64,000 nt of DNA from Candidatus Tectimicrobiota bacterium (GTDB lineage Bacteria > JACPUC01). Where the stretch lies: NCBI GenBank assembly GCA_016192455.1, contig JACPUC010000003.1, positions 124,001 through 188,000 of the forward strand, read 5' to 3'. Positions 20,281 through 30,160 of this stretch are shown one piece after another (within the stretch, counting starts at the first letter, position 1; each line of letters starts with the position of its first letter). The position numbers were made by a program, and so were the translations under genes. The notes beneath the pieces are model-generated. The model was not told where the DNA came from. It saw only the letters and a list, made by a program, of their open reading frames with translations, and ran no database searches.

Positions 20281-22350
20281 TCACTTCCTCCCCGGCAGCG
20301 CTCCCTCCACGGCGATGATCAGGTTCAAGTAGTCATCCACCGTCGCCGCGGCGCTCGGCGGCACGACGGTGGTCGAGTCGAGCTGCTCGATGATCGCCGG
20401 GCCGACGAAGGCGGCGCCGGGGAGCAGGCGGGCGCGCTCGTAGATGCGCGACTCGGTGAAGCCGCCGGCTTCCTTGAAGTAGACCGGACGCGACCCCTTC
20501 AGCGCCGCCGACGCCTCGCCCCGCTGGGTGTAGCGCCGCAGCTCGGGGCTGGGGAGGTTGCCGGTGGCGGCGATGCGGGCGTTGCCGATCTCGACGGCGA
20601 CGAACTCCAGCGGCACCGTGTAGCCGAACTCCTGCTCGTGCCGCTGCGTGAAGGTGGTGACGAGCCGGTCGATGTCCTCGCGGCTGTAGGTCTTGGTGTC
20701 GATGGGGATGCTGAGGTACTGCGTCTGCGGGAAGTACTTCACGTCCACGATGCGGCTCAGCTCGATGGCGCTCTCCGGGATGTCCTCCTCCTTCAGGGTG
20801 CGAATGGCCCGCTCCTCGAGCTCCGCCCAGACGGCGTTGAACCGTTCGGGCGAGAGGCTGGCGGCCTTCTCGATGATCGGCGCGATGAAGTCGTGCTTCA
20901 CGTGCACCAGGCTGACGCCGAAGGCCGAGGTGACGCCCGGGGAGACGGGGACGATGATCTTCGGGATGGAGAGCTCCTGGGCCAGGGCGGCGGCGTGCAG
21001 GGGCCCGGCGCCGCCGAAGGCCACCAGGGCGAAGTCGCGCGGGTCGTAGCCGCGCTCGACGGTGATGCGGCGGATGGCGTTGGTCATGTTGGTGTTGGCG
21101 ATGTGGATGATGCCGAAGGCCGCCTCCTCGACGGTCATGCCGAAGTGGGCGGCGATCTTCTCCGCGATGGCGGCGCGGGCCAGGTCCGGCCGCAGCGTCA
21201 TCTCGCCCCCCAGGAAGGCCGCAGGGTCGAGCCGCCCGAGGACGAGGTTGGCGTCGGTGTTGGTCGGCTCGCTGCCCCCCTGATCGTAGCAGGCGGGGCC
21301 GGGGATGGCGCCGGCGCTCTGCGGGCCGTTCTTCAGCGCTCCGCCGACGTCGATCCAGGCGATGCTGCCGCCGCCCGCGCCGATCACCTCGAGGTCGACC
21401 GAGGGGTAGCGCACGGGGACGCGAAACTCGACCTTGGTGCCGGGGGTGTAGAGCGGCTGCCCCTTGTAGACGAGGGAGAGGTCCGTGCTCGTCCCTCCCA
21501 TGTCGAAGGTGATGACGTTCTCGTAGCCGGCCAGCCGGCCGATGAAGGCGCCGCCCATGACGCCGCCGGCGGGGCCGGACTGACAGGTGCGCGCCGGAAA
21601 CTTCTTGGCGCTGTCAATGGAGATGACGCCGCCGCCGGAGTGGACGACCAGGATGTCGCCGCGGAAGCCCTTGTTCTTGGCGCGCTTCGTCAGCTCGCTG
21701 TAGTAGTCCTCCACCAGGGGGCCCAGGTAGGCGTTGGCCACGGTGGTGCTGGTGCGCTCGAACTCGCGCTGCTCGGGGAACTCGTTCGAGTTGCAGACGA
21801 AGACGTCGGGCATGAGCTCCTCCACCAGCTCCTTGGCGCGGCGCTCGTGCTCCGGGTTCATGAAGGAGTTGATGAAACAGATGGCGACCGACTGCATGCC
21901 GCGCTTCTTGAAGATTTCCGCCACCCGCCGCACTTCCTCCTCGTTCAGCGGCTCGATGGCGTTGCCCTCGTAGTCGATGCGCTCGCTCACCGTCAGGCGG
22001 TGGCGCCGCAGGACGAGCGGCGCCGGCGGCGCCCAGCGCAGGTCGTAGATGTTCGGGCGGTTGCCGCGCGCGGCCTCCAGCACGTCGCGGAAGCCCTTCG
22101 TGGTGATCAGCCCCGTCAGGGCGCCCTTGCGCTCGAGGATGGCGTTGGTGGCGATGGTGGAGCCGTGCTTGAAGACGCTGATCTCGGAGAGCTGAATCCC
22201 CGCCTTGGCGAGGACGTTCATGATGCCGTCAATGAACGTCGGGGGAGTTGACGGCACCTTGGCGATGGTCATCTCCCCGCTCTCGTCGTTGATGCAGACG
22301 AGATCGCTGAAGGTCCCTCCAATGTCCACGCCGACGGTGTAGCGAGCCAT
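20281..22350 (-). CDS. Hydantoinase A/oxoprolinase family protein (ATP-binding subunit)
   Basis: GVDIGGTFSD, REFERTSTTVANAY, SGPAGG, DMGGTSTD, IGAGGGSIA, AFGGAGPLH. Start could be 22356. Confidence 0.93.
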   Translation of the reverse strand: MARYTVGVDIGGTFSDLVCINDESGEMTIAKVPSTPPTFIDGIMNVLAKAGIQLSEISVFKHGSTIATNAILERKGALTGLITTKGFRDVLEAARGNRPNIYDLRWAPPAPLVLRRHRLTVSERIDYEGNAIEPLNEEEVRRVAEIFKKRGMQSVAICFINSFMNPEHERRAKELVEELMPDVFVCNSNEFPEQREFERTSTTVANAYLGPLVEDYYSELTKRAKNKGFRGDILVVHSGGGVISIDSAKKFPARTCQSGPAGGVMGGAFIGRLAGYENVITFDMGGTSTDLSLVYKGQPLYTPGTKVEFRVPVRYPSVDLEVIGAGGGSIAWIDVGGALKNGPQSAGAIPGPACYDQGGSEPTNTDANLVLGRLDPAAFLGGEMTLRPDLARAAIAEKIAAHFGMTVEEAAFGIIHIANTNMTNAIRRITVERGYDPRDFALVAFGGAGPLHAAALAQELSIPKIIVPVSPGVTSAFGVSLVHVKHDFIAPIIEKAASLSPERFNAVWAELEERAIRTLKEEDIPESAIELSRIVDVKYFPQTQYLSIPIDTKTYSREDIDRLVTTFTQRHEQEFGYTVPLEFVAVEIGNARIAATGNLPSPELRRYTQRGEASAALKGSRPVYFKEAGGFTESRIYERARLLPGAAFVGPAIIEQLDSTTVVPPSAAATVDDYLNLIIAVEGALPGRK

Positions 22351-22398
22351 GCTCATCCCTTCTCTGCGCTGCGTTCCGGTGACGATGGCGGCAAACGT

Positions 22399-22641
22399 CG
22401 AGTGGTGCGTCCCACAAGTTCGCTTACCTAGTTGCGGCGGTGCTCGCTGTATTGGCAAGGAGCTTGTCAAGGACCCATGCTCCCCCCTACCCCCATCCCG
22501 TAGGGGCGGTTCGCGAACCGCCCTTACAAGGCGGGGTGCGCGAGGGGACAAGGTTCCCTCGCAGACGTAGGCGCCGGGCGGGGCAAGCCCCGCTCCCTAC
22601 GATCCGCTCCTACGGAGCGCGCGGAGGGGACAAGGTCCCCT
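22399..22641 (+). mobile_element. REP-containing MITE-like element, copy 3
   Basis: Colinear with 10819-11060. Starts cGAGTGGTGCGTCCCACAAGTTC, REP at 22500-22527. Right part overlaps the last codons of the Mo subunit gene. Confidence 0.72.
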
Positions 22642-24940
22642 GCTTGGCTTCGAGGGCGGCGAGCACGCGCTCCGGCGTCAGGGGGAGGTCCCGCAGGCGC
22701 ACGCCGAGGGCATGGCTGACGGCATTGGCGATGGCGGCGGCGGTGGCCACCAGGCCGGGTTCGCCCACCCCCTTGGCGCCGAACGGGCCGTGCGGGTCTT
22801 CCTCCTCGACGATGATCGCGGTCATCTCCTCCGGCACGTCGAGGATGCTGGGAATCTTGTAGTCGATGAAGGAGGGGTTGAGCGTCTGGCCGCCCTCGGT
22901 GCAGAGCTCCTCGAAGAGGGCGTAGCCGAGTCCCTGCGCGAAGCCTCCCTCGATCTGCCCTTCGACCACCGTGGGGTTGATGGCCCGCCCCACGTCGTGG
23001 GCCGCCGCCGCCTTCAGCACCTTGACCTCGCCGGTCTCCACGTCCACCTCGACCTCGACGACGTGCACGCCGAAGATGTACGCGGTCAGCGGCCCGAAGG
23101 GGAAGCCGCGCAGCACCGCCCGCTTCGGGTCGAAGCCGGGGCCGTCGACGATGAAGGAACCCTTGGCGAGGATCGGGCCGCCGCTCACCCAGTGGCTGAT
23201 GGCGCCGAGGTCGCGGTAGGAGAGCGCGCGCTGGGGCGAGCCCTTGACGCGCACCGTCCGATCAACGGTCTCCAGGTCGTCGGGGCTGACCTCGAGCGTC
23301 TTCGCCGCCAACGCCAGGAGCTGCCGGCGGGCGTCGCCGGCCGCCAGGCGCACGGCGTTGCCGACCGTGAAGGTGGTGCGGCTCCCCGCGGTGCCCCAGT
23401 TGAAGGGCGCCGTATCGGAGTCGATGGCGGCGTAGTGGATGTCGCTCATCGGCACGCCGAGCTCCTCGGCGGCGATCTGCGTCAGCACCGTCTCGCAGCC
23501 CTGGCCGATGTCGACGGCGCCGGCCACCAGCCCCACCGTGCCGTCTTCATTGATCTTCACGAAGGCCCCCGCCGAGAGCAGGCCGCTGATGTGGTGCATG
23601 GCGGCGACGCCCATGCCGCGGCGCTTTGTGGGCGAAGAGGAAGCGGAAACCCGACGCCAGCCGGCGCGCGCCGCGGCCTGCTCGAAGCAGCGCCTCAGCC
23701 CGACGCTCGTGTAGCGTTGCCCCCCCAACGCGGTGTCCCCGGTCTGCACGGCGTTGCGCAGGCGCAGCTCGATGGGGTCGAGGCGGAGGCGCTCGGCGAT
23801 GAGGTCGAGCTGGGACTCCGAGGCGAAGGTGGCCTGCGGGTTGCCGAAGCCGCGGAAGGCGCCGCTCTTCGGCAGGTTGGTGTAGACGCAGTAGGCGTCG
23901 ATGCGCACGTGCGGGATGTTGTACGGACCGCGCGCCATCATGGCGCCGAAGCCGGCGATCCCCGGCCCGTCGTCGGCGTAAGCGCCGGTGTTGTAGATGA
24001 GGCGCACCTGCTTGGCGGTGAGGCGCCCGTCGCGCTTGACGCCGGTCTTGATGTCGATGCGGCTGCTGTGGCGCGGCTTGCCGAAGGTGAACTCCTCGTC
24101 GCGGCTGAGGTAGAGCTTCACCTTCTTGCCGCACTTCAGGGCCAGGGCAGCGGCCATGGGCTGCACGGTCGGCTCCATGCGCCCCCCGAAGCCTCCGCCG
24201 ACGCGGCTGTTGATGACGTGGATTTTCGACTGCGGAATGAGCAGGGCCTCGGCGATGCGGATTTGCGTCAGGTGCACCGACTGGGTGTTGCTCCAGACGA
24301 CGAGGCGCCCGCCCGCGTCCACCTCCACCACGGCGCCGCTGCGCTCCAGGTAGGTCTGGTGCACGCGCTGCGTCGTGAAGGTGTCCTCGAAGACCTCGTC
24401 GGCCTCGGCGAAACCGGCGTCAAGGTCTCCTTCGGCGAAGGTGGTGTGGGAGCAGACGTTCCCCTCCTGGACGGCCTCATAGATCTTCACGTAGCTCGCC
24501 AGGTCGGGGTGGAGGAGGGGGGCGCCGGGACGCAGGGCGTCCTCGGCGGTGAACACCGCCGGCAGCTCCTCATACTCCACCTCGATGAGCTGCAAGGCCT
24601 CGGCGGCGGCCTCGTCGGAGCAGGCGGCGACAAGGGCCAGCGGCTCGCCGACGAAACGCGTCACCCCCTTGGCGAGGATCGGCTCATCCTTGATGAAGGG
24701 ACCCATCAGGCCGTCGGGAAGGTCGGCGCCGATGACGATCGCCTTCACCCCGGGCACACGCAGCGCCCGACTGCGCTCAATGTTGACGAGGCGCGCGTGC
24801 GGCTGGCGGCTCCAGAGCACTTTGCCGACGAGGGCGTCGCGGTGCGGGACGTCATCGAAGTAGCGCGACCGCCCGCTGACCTTCTCGGCGGCATCGACCT
24901 TCACCACGCTCGTGCCGACAACCGCCAGGGGCGTTGGCAT
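22610..24940 (-). CDS. Xanthine dehydrogenase family molybdopterin-binding large subunit
   Basis: VGGGFGGR, GAFRGFGNPQ, DIGQG, GQIEGGFAQGLG, GAKGVGEP. Confidence 0.93.
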   Translation of the reverse strand: MPTPLAVVGTSVVKVDAAEKVSGRSRYFDDVPHRDALVGKVLWSRQPHARLVNIERSRALRVPGVKAIVIGADLPDGLMGPFIKDEPILAKGVTRFVGEPLALVAACSDEAAAEALQLIEVEYEELPAVFTAEDALRPGAPLLHPDLASYVKIYEAVQEGNVCSHTTFAEGDLDAGFAEADEVFEDTFTTQRVHQTYLERSGAVVEVDAGGRLVVWSNTQSVHLTQIRIAEALLIPQSKIHVINSRVGGGFGGRMEPTVQPMAAALALKCGKKVKLYLSRDEEFTFGKPRHSSRIDIKTGVKRDGRLTAKQVRLIYNTGAYADDGPGIAGFGAMMARGPYNIPHVRIDAYCVYTNLPKSGAFRGFGNPQATFASESQLDLIAERLRLDPIELRLRNAVQTGDTALGGQRYTSVGLRRCFEQAAARAGWRRVSASSSPTKRRGMGVAAMHHISGLLSAGAFVKINEDGTVGLVAGAVDIGQGCETVLTQIAAEELGVPMSDIHYAAIDSDTAPFNWGTAGSRTTFTVGNAVRLAAGDARRQLLALAAKTLEVSPDDLETVDRTVRVKGSPQRALSYRDLGAISHWVSGGPILAKGSFIVDGPGFDPKRAVLRGFPFGPLTAYIFGVHVVEVEVDVETGEVKVLKAAAAHDVGRAINPTVVEGQIEGGFAQGLGYALFEELCTEGGQTLNPSFIDYKIPSILDVPEEMTAIIVEEEDPHGPFGAKGVGEPGLVATAAAIANAVSHALGVRLRDLPLTPERVLAALEAKQGTLSPPRAP

Positions 24941-24952
24941 AGTCTTCTCCTG

Positions 24953-25456
24953 CTACGGCGCGGCGGCCCCGGCTTCAGGACGCGTGGCCGCGGCGAGCCG
25001 GCGCGCGGCATGCTGCACGGCCGCCACGATCTTCGCATAGCCGGTGCAGCGGCAGAGGTTGCCGGCGAGGTGCTGCTTGATCTCCGCCAGCGTCGGCCGC
25101 GGCTGCACGTCGAGCAGGGCCTTGGCGGCCAGGATCATGCCGGGGATGCAGAAGCCGCACTGCACGGCGCCGAGCTCCATGAACGCCTCCTGCAAGGGAT
25201 GAAGGCGCCCATCAACCGCCAGGCCCTCGATGGTGGTGATCTCTTTGCCCGCGGCGTCGAAGGCGAAGAGGAGGCAGGAGCGCACCGCGGCGCCGTCCAG
25301 CAGCACCGTGCAGGAGCCGCACTCGCCGACCTCGCAGGCCTCCTTCGTGCCGGTGAGGTTGAGGCGGCCGCGCAGGAGATCGATGAGCAGTTCGTTCGCC
25401 GGCGCGTCCAGGGTCTCGGAAGCGCCGTTGACCCGCAGGGTGAGGGAGATCAGCAT
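24953..25456 (-). CDS. Xanthine dehydrogenase family 2x[2Fe-2S] small subunit
   Basis: GTKEACEVGECGSCTV, QCGFCIPG, GNLCRCTGY. Confidence 0.95.
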   Translation of the reverse strand: MLISLTLRVNGASETLDAPANELLIDLLRGRLNLTGTKEACEVGECGSCTVLLDGAAVRSCLLFAFDAAGKEITTIEGLAVDGRLHPLQEAFMELGAVQCGFCIPGMILAAKALLDVQPRPTLAEIKQHLAGNLCRCTGYAKIVAAVQHAARRLAAATRPEAGAAAP

Positions 25457-25463
25457 GCGAGGC

Positions 25464-26345
25464 TCACTCCGGGATCGGCAGGCCCGCGGCGGCGACGGCC
25501 CGGCGCAGGGCCCGCCGCGCGAGCACGCGGACCATCTTGCGGCGGTAGTCGGCGGAGGCGCGCAGGTCGCTGATCGGCCGGGCTTCCCGCGCCGCCTGCG
25601 CGGCGGCGGCGGCGATGCTTGCGGCGGTGGGCGCGGCCCCGCGCAGAAGCGCCTCGGCGGCCGGGCAGCGCATCGGCGTGGGGGCCGCGGCCGCCAGGCC
25701 GATGCGCGCCTCGCGCAGCACCCCATCCTGGAGGGCGACGGTTACCGAGACCGCCACGATGGGGATGTCGGTGGCGTTCTTGCGCAGCTTCTCGTGGGCG
25801 CCGCTGCGTCCCGCCAGCTCGGCCGCCACGCTGATGCCGGTGAGGAGTTCGTCCGGCTGGAGCTGCGTCTCGTGGGCGTCGAGGAAGAACTCCTCGATCG
25901 GCAGAGTCCGCTCGCCGTCGCTGCTGCGCAGGTGCAGGCGGGCGCCGGCGGCGATGAGCGCCGCCGCCATGTCGGTGGCGGGGTCGGCGTGGCTGAGGCT
26001 TCCCCCCACGGTGCCCATGCGGCGGATCGGCAGCGAGGCGACGTGGCCCGCCGCCTCGGCGAGGATGGGGTAGTGCGCGGCGATGGTGGCCGATTCGGCG
26101 ATCCACTGGTGCCGCGCCAGGGGGCCGATGCGCAGCCCGGTCGCGGCATCGTAGTCGATGCGGTCCAGGCCGGGGATGGTCTTGATGTTGATCAGGCAGG
26201 TCGGCTCGAAGAGATGCTGCTTCATCAGGATGGTGAGGGCGAGGCCGCCGGCGAAGACCTTGGCCCCTCCATACTCCCGCAGCCAGGCGCAGGCTTCCTC
26301 CACCGAGGTGGCTTCCAGGTATTGGAACTCGCGGACTCTCGCCAT
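25464..26345 (-). CDS. Xanthine dehydrogenase family FAD-binding medium subunit
   Basis: AGG, IRRMGTVGGSLSHADPATD, PISDLRASADYR. Confidence 0.92.
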   Translation of the reverse strand: MARVREFQYLEATSVEEACAWLREYGGAKVFAGGLALTILMKQHLFEPTCLINIKTIPGLDRIDYDAATGLRIGPLARHQWIAESATIAAHYPILAEAAGHVASLPIRRMGTVGGSLSHADPATDMAAALIAAGARLHLRSSDGERTLPIEEFFLDAHETQLQPDELLTGISVAAELAGRSGAHEKLRKNATDIPIVAVSVTVALQDGVLREARIGLAAAAPTPMRCPAAEALLRGAAPTAASIAAAAAQAAREARPISDLRASADYRRKMVRVLARRALRRAVAAAGLPIPE

Positions 26346-26411
26346 CTCCCCCCTCATGCGACGCCGCCGGTCGGAGCGCCCGCCGCCGATGCCGCTGCGG
26401 CTCGCCGCGGC

Positions 26412-27899
26412 TCAACTGGGGCGCTGGGCGGTGGACTTCATCCCGGTCGGCAGATGGGTGATCCCCTCGCCGGTGATCTTGGACTCCTCCGGCAGCTCGA
26501 TGAGGGGCTTGGTGTAGGTATCCACGAAGCCCTCGATGTAGTCCCCCAGGTTGATGGTATGGGTGGGGAAGTAGCAGGGCTGATTGATCATCGGCGAGGT
26601 CACCTTGTCCAGGCCGATCGGCCGGGTGCAATCGAAGCCCATCTTGGTGACCACCGAGTCGGTGGTGGTGGGATCGAGAGGGATGCCGAGGGTGTCCTGG
26701 ATGAAAACCACGTCGTCCCTGCCGCGGCAGCGGGTGGCGAAGGCCCATTCCACCTGGATGTGGTTGCGCGCGTCGATGTCTTCATCCACGACCCAGACGT
26801 TCTTCACCCCCTGGTACGACAGGACCGTGGAGATCACCTGCTTGCCGTGGCCCGGATAGACCTTCTTGATGCGCACCACGCAGTCGAAGTAAGTGCAGCC
26901 GCCGGGGGTGAGGTAGACGTCGAGGATGCACTCCTGCGGGAAGACCCGTTCCAGCGCCCGATAGACCTCCACCTGGTTGGTGATCAGCATCGGCTGGTTC
27001 TCATCGGGCGGCGGGCCGGTGACGATGTCGTTGTAGATGGGGTTGTTGCGGTGGGTGATGGCGGTCACGTTAAAGACGGGCGCCAGGCGCTCGTCGCCGT
27101 AGTAGCCGGTGAACTCGACGAAGGGGGCCTCGGGGAGACGCTCGTGCGGCGGGATGAGCCCCTCGATGATGATCTCGGCGTTCGCCGGGACCTCGACGTC
27201 GATGGTCTCGCAGCGCACCAGCTCGACCGGTTTCCGCCGCTGCGCGCCGGCGAAGGCGAACTCGTCTTCGTCCAGCGGCATGCTCGTTGAGGCGGCCATC
27301 ATGGTGGCGGGGTCGGCGCCGATGGCCACCGCCATCGGGCACGGTTCCCCGCGCTCCCAGTACATCATGATGATGTGCCAGAGGTTGAAGGGCGACATCC
27401 AGAGGCCGGTCTGATTTTTCTTATGGATGTAGAGGCGATGCACCGAGGCGTTGTGCACCCGCGTCACCGGGTGCTGCACGACGCAGCAGGTGGCGTCGAT
27501 GTACCAGCCGCGGTCCTTCTTGGCGTGCCAGGTGATGGGGAACATGTTCAGGTCCACGGCGTCGCCCGTGATGATGTTCTCCTTGCACGGCCCGTCCTTG
27601 ACCAGCACCGGATCATACTGTCCGATGCGCTTCGAGCCAGCCATGTAGTCCCGCACGAAGTTTTCCGGCGTCGTGTCGAGGCCCATGCAGACGCGCTTCT
27701 GCGTGCCGTACACCGCCACCGTCAGGGGGACGCGATAGCCCTTGACGTTCTCGAACCAGAGGGCGGGCCCCTGGAAGTCGATGGACTTCTTCGCCACCAG
27801 CGTCGTTTCGAGGTAGCGATCGACCTCGCGGGTCACGCGCTTGAGTTCGCCCTGACTCTCAAGGTACGACAGGAAGCTGCGGAAATCGTCGAATGGCAT
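26412..27899 (-). CDS. UbiD family (prFMN-dependent) decarboxylase, second copy
   Basis: DDFRSFL, GPALWFENVKG, NASVHR, AEIIIEG, EAPFVEFTGYY, VEWAFATR, KMGFDCT. Confidence 0.92.
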   Translation of the reverse strand: MPFDDFRSFLSYLESQGELKRVTREVDRYLETTLVAKKSIDFQGPALWFENVKGYRVPLTVAVYGTQKRVCMGLDTTPENFVRDYMAGSKRIGQYDPVLVKDGPCKENIITGDAVDLNMFPITWHAKKDRGWYIDATCCVVQHPVTRVHNASVHRLYIHKKNQTGLWMSPFNLWHIIMMYWERGEPCPMAVAIGADPATMMAASTSMPLDEDEFAFAGAQRRKPVELVRCETIDVEVPANAEIIIEGLIPPHERLPEAPFVEFTGYYGDERLAPVFNVTAITHRNNPIYNDIVTGPPPDENQPMLITNQVEVYRALERVFPQECILDVYLTPGGCTYFDCVVRIKKVYPGHGKQVISTVLSYQGVKNVWVVDEDIDARNHIQVEWAFATRCRGRDDVVFIQDTLGIPLDPTTTDSVVTKMGFDCTRPIGLDKVTSPMINQPCYFPTHTINLGDYIEGFVDTYTKPLIELPEESKITGEGITHLPTGMKSTAQRPS

Positions 27900-28163
27900 A
27901 GCCTTGCTCCCGCTGGATACAGCGTCTCCCCCGAGATGGAACCAGCATCCCGTTGCAGGGATTTCACCTGGAGTGGTTCGCCTGGTTTTGCCAGGATAGG
28001 CCGCCTTGGAGACTGGAAAGACGTCCGCCGCCTGCAACGTCGAGGCTGCGGAACGGTGACGTTCTTCGCACCCGTGGGCGCGATTTGGGGTGGCCTTCCG
28101 GCGCAGGTCGTCCGCTTGGCCTGGGCGGTCGATCCTCTCCGTCGATGAAGCTGACGAGGCGTT

Positions 28164-28193
28164 ATCTTATGACAAGGAGTGCTTTGACGTCAA
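28164..28193 (-). promoter_or_regulatory. Sigma70-like promoter overlapping a 10-bp palindrome
   Basis: TTGACG-N18-TAAGAT on minus strand; TTGACGTCAA palindrome at 28184-28193. Confidence 0.45.
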
Positions 28194-28382
28194 TGGCAGC
28201 GCCCGCCCGCGGCGCGCCGAGGGCGTCGTGGGGCGGTTCCGCCGGAGTGCGAGGCCAAGGCAGGCGGGGCGCGGCGCCAGCCGAACCCTGGCTGGACCTG
28301 CCCCCCTCCTGGGGTGGAGAGCCTGCTCACCTTCGCGCGGAGGGGCCGACTTGTCGGGGTCGCTCCAACTCCACAGCGACGC

Positions 28383-29993
28383 TCAGCGCACGCGCTCGCG
28401 CGCTTCGTTCTTGATCGCCTGGTCCTGGATGCTGCCGGGGCCGAACTTACGCAGCTTCACGCCGCCGGAGAGCCGCGGGAACTCCGTGAACAGGCAGAGC
28501 TCGTCGGGGAGCTTGTAGCGCGCCACGTGCTCGGCGAGGTACTGCCGCAGCTCGGCGAGGGTCGGCTTCTCCTCGCCCTTCGGCACGATGCAGGCGCAGA
28601 TGCTCTCCCCCAGCACCGGGTTCGGCGTTGAGACGACGCACACCTCCTTCACCTTCGGGTGCTTGTCGAGGAGGCTCTCCAGCTCGCTCGGGTAGATTTT
28701 CATGCCGCCGCGGTTCACCATCTCCTTCAGGCGGCCGGCGATGCGGTAGTGCTCCTCCTCGTCCGCCACCGCCACGTCGCCGGTATGCAGCCAGCCCTCC
28801 GCGTCGAGCTGGCGGGCGGTCTCCTCGGGGTTGCGCCAGTACTCCGTCAGCACGGCGTAGGAGCGCACGCAGAGCTCCCCCGGCTGCCCCGGCGGCAGCG
28901 TCGTGCCGGCCTCGTCGATGACCTTGAACTCGAACCCCTCGAGTGGCTTGCCGGCGGTGGTGGCGCGCATCTCCAGGCTGTCGTGGTCGTAGTCGCAGAC
29001 CAGCCCCTCGAAGGCTTCGGAGCACCCCCAGGAGCCGAGGTAGTGGCACCCCATGCGGTCGCAGGCGCGCTTGAACGTCTCCGCCGGCGGCACGGCGCCC
29101 GCCACGAACCCCGTCCGCAGGGAGCTGAGGTCATGGGCCGCGAAGTCGGGAACGTTCAGTTCCAGGATGAGATGGGCCGGGGCGACGTGCTGCACGGTGA
29201 CGCCATGCTCGGCCATCAAATGCAGCGCCTCGGCGGGCTGGAAACTTTGCTGCAGCACGCAGGAGGCGCCCGAGAAGAGGGCGGCGTTCAGCGTGCAGGT
29301 GCGGCCGAAGAGGTGGAAGAAGGGGAGGTGGCCGATGTAGACCTCGTTCTCCGTGCCGTGGTAGGAGTTCACCACCCCCACCACGTTCCGCACCATGTGG
29401 TAGTTCGTGTGCACCGCCGCTTTCGGCACCCCGGTGGTGCCTGAGGTGTGCTGCAGGAAGAGGACGTCCTTGCGAACATCCATGGTCACGGCGGGCGGCG
29501 TCGCTCCCTGGTGGCGCTCGAGGATGGCTGCCAGGTCCTCCTCCCGCGGCCCTTGCGGCGCCGGCAGGCCGTCGACGATGAGCTGCCGCAGCGAAGGGAC
29601 CTGCCGCCGCAGCTCCCGCACCATGCCCAGGAAGTCGAATCCGGCCACCTCGCGGGGGAGGAACATGGTCGTCGGCTGGGTGTTGCGCAGCACGAAGAGG
29701 AGGTCGCTGTGACGGAAGGCCGGGTTGGTCCAGACGATGACGGCGCCCGCCTTCACGCATCCCAGGTAGCTCGCCACCATCTCGGGGGTGTTGAGCAGCG
29801 CCACCGCCACGCGGTCTCCTTTCTTCACCCCCCGCTCGGCCAGGCCGACCGCCACGGCATCGGCCATGCCGAGAAGGTCTCGGTAGGTGACGCGCCGCTC
29901 GCCGGCAATGAGCGCAACTTTCTCGGGCAGCCGCCGGGCGCTGAGCTCGACGGCCTGCGCCACGGTGAGGTTTTCAACATCCCGCAGTTCCAT
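28383..29993 (-). CDS. AMP-forming acyl/aryl-CoA synthetase (class I adenylate-forming)
   Basis: HTSGTTGVPK, LPFFHLFG, GELCVR, GWLHTGD, GRLKEMVNRGG, YKLPD. Confidence 0.92.
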   Translation of the reverse strand: MELRDVENLTVAQAVELSARRLPEKVALIAGERRVTYRDLLGMADAVAVGLAERGVKKGDRVAVALLNTPEMVASYLGCVKAGAVIVWTNPAFRHSDLLFVLRNTQPTTMFLPREVAGFDFLGMVRELRRQVPSLRQLIVDGLPAPQGPREEDLAAILERHQGATPPAVTMDVRKDVLFLQHTSGTTGVPKAAVHTNYHMVRNVVGVVNSYHGTENEVYIGHLPFFHLFGRTCTLNAALFSGASCVLQQSFQPAEALHLMAEHGVTVQHVAPAHLILELNVPDFAAHDLSSLRTGFVAGAVPPAETFKRACDRMGCHYLGSWGCSEAFEGLVCDYDHDSLEMRATTAGKPLEGFEFKVIDEAGTTLPPGQPGELCVRSYAVLTEYWRNPEETARQLDAEGWLHTGDVAVADEEEHYRIAGRLKEMVNRGGMKIYPSELESLLDKHPKVKEVCVVSTPNPVLGESICACIVPKGEEKPTLAELRQYLAEHVARYKLPDELCLFTEFPRLSGGVKLRKFGPGSIQDQAIKNEARERVR

Positions 29994-30160
29994 TCTCATC
30001 CTCCTCCAACGCCGCATCCCTCACGAGCACGCAGCTCCGCGCACTCAGCGCCCGCCCGCCGTCGCGCCCCGGCAGGAGGCCGAGGCGGCGCCGCCCTTCG
30101 CGGCCTCCCCGGCGTTGCGCGCCGCGCGTCCCCCCGCCTCTCCGTCCTTGCCAACGTTTC

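Noticed and set aside
22610-26345. Aerobic CO dehydrogenase or 4-hydroxybenzoyl-CoA reductase
   Set aside because: The large subunit has AFRGFG rather than the CoxL AYxCSFR loop, and the FAD subunit lacks the Cys-rich [4Fe-4S] insert of HcrB.
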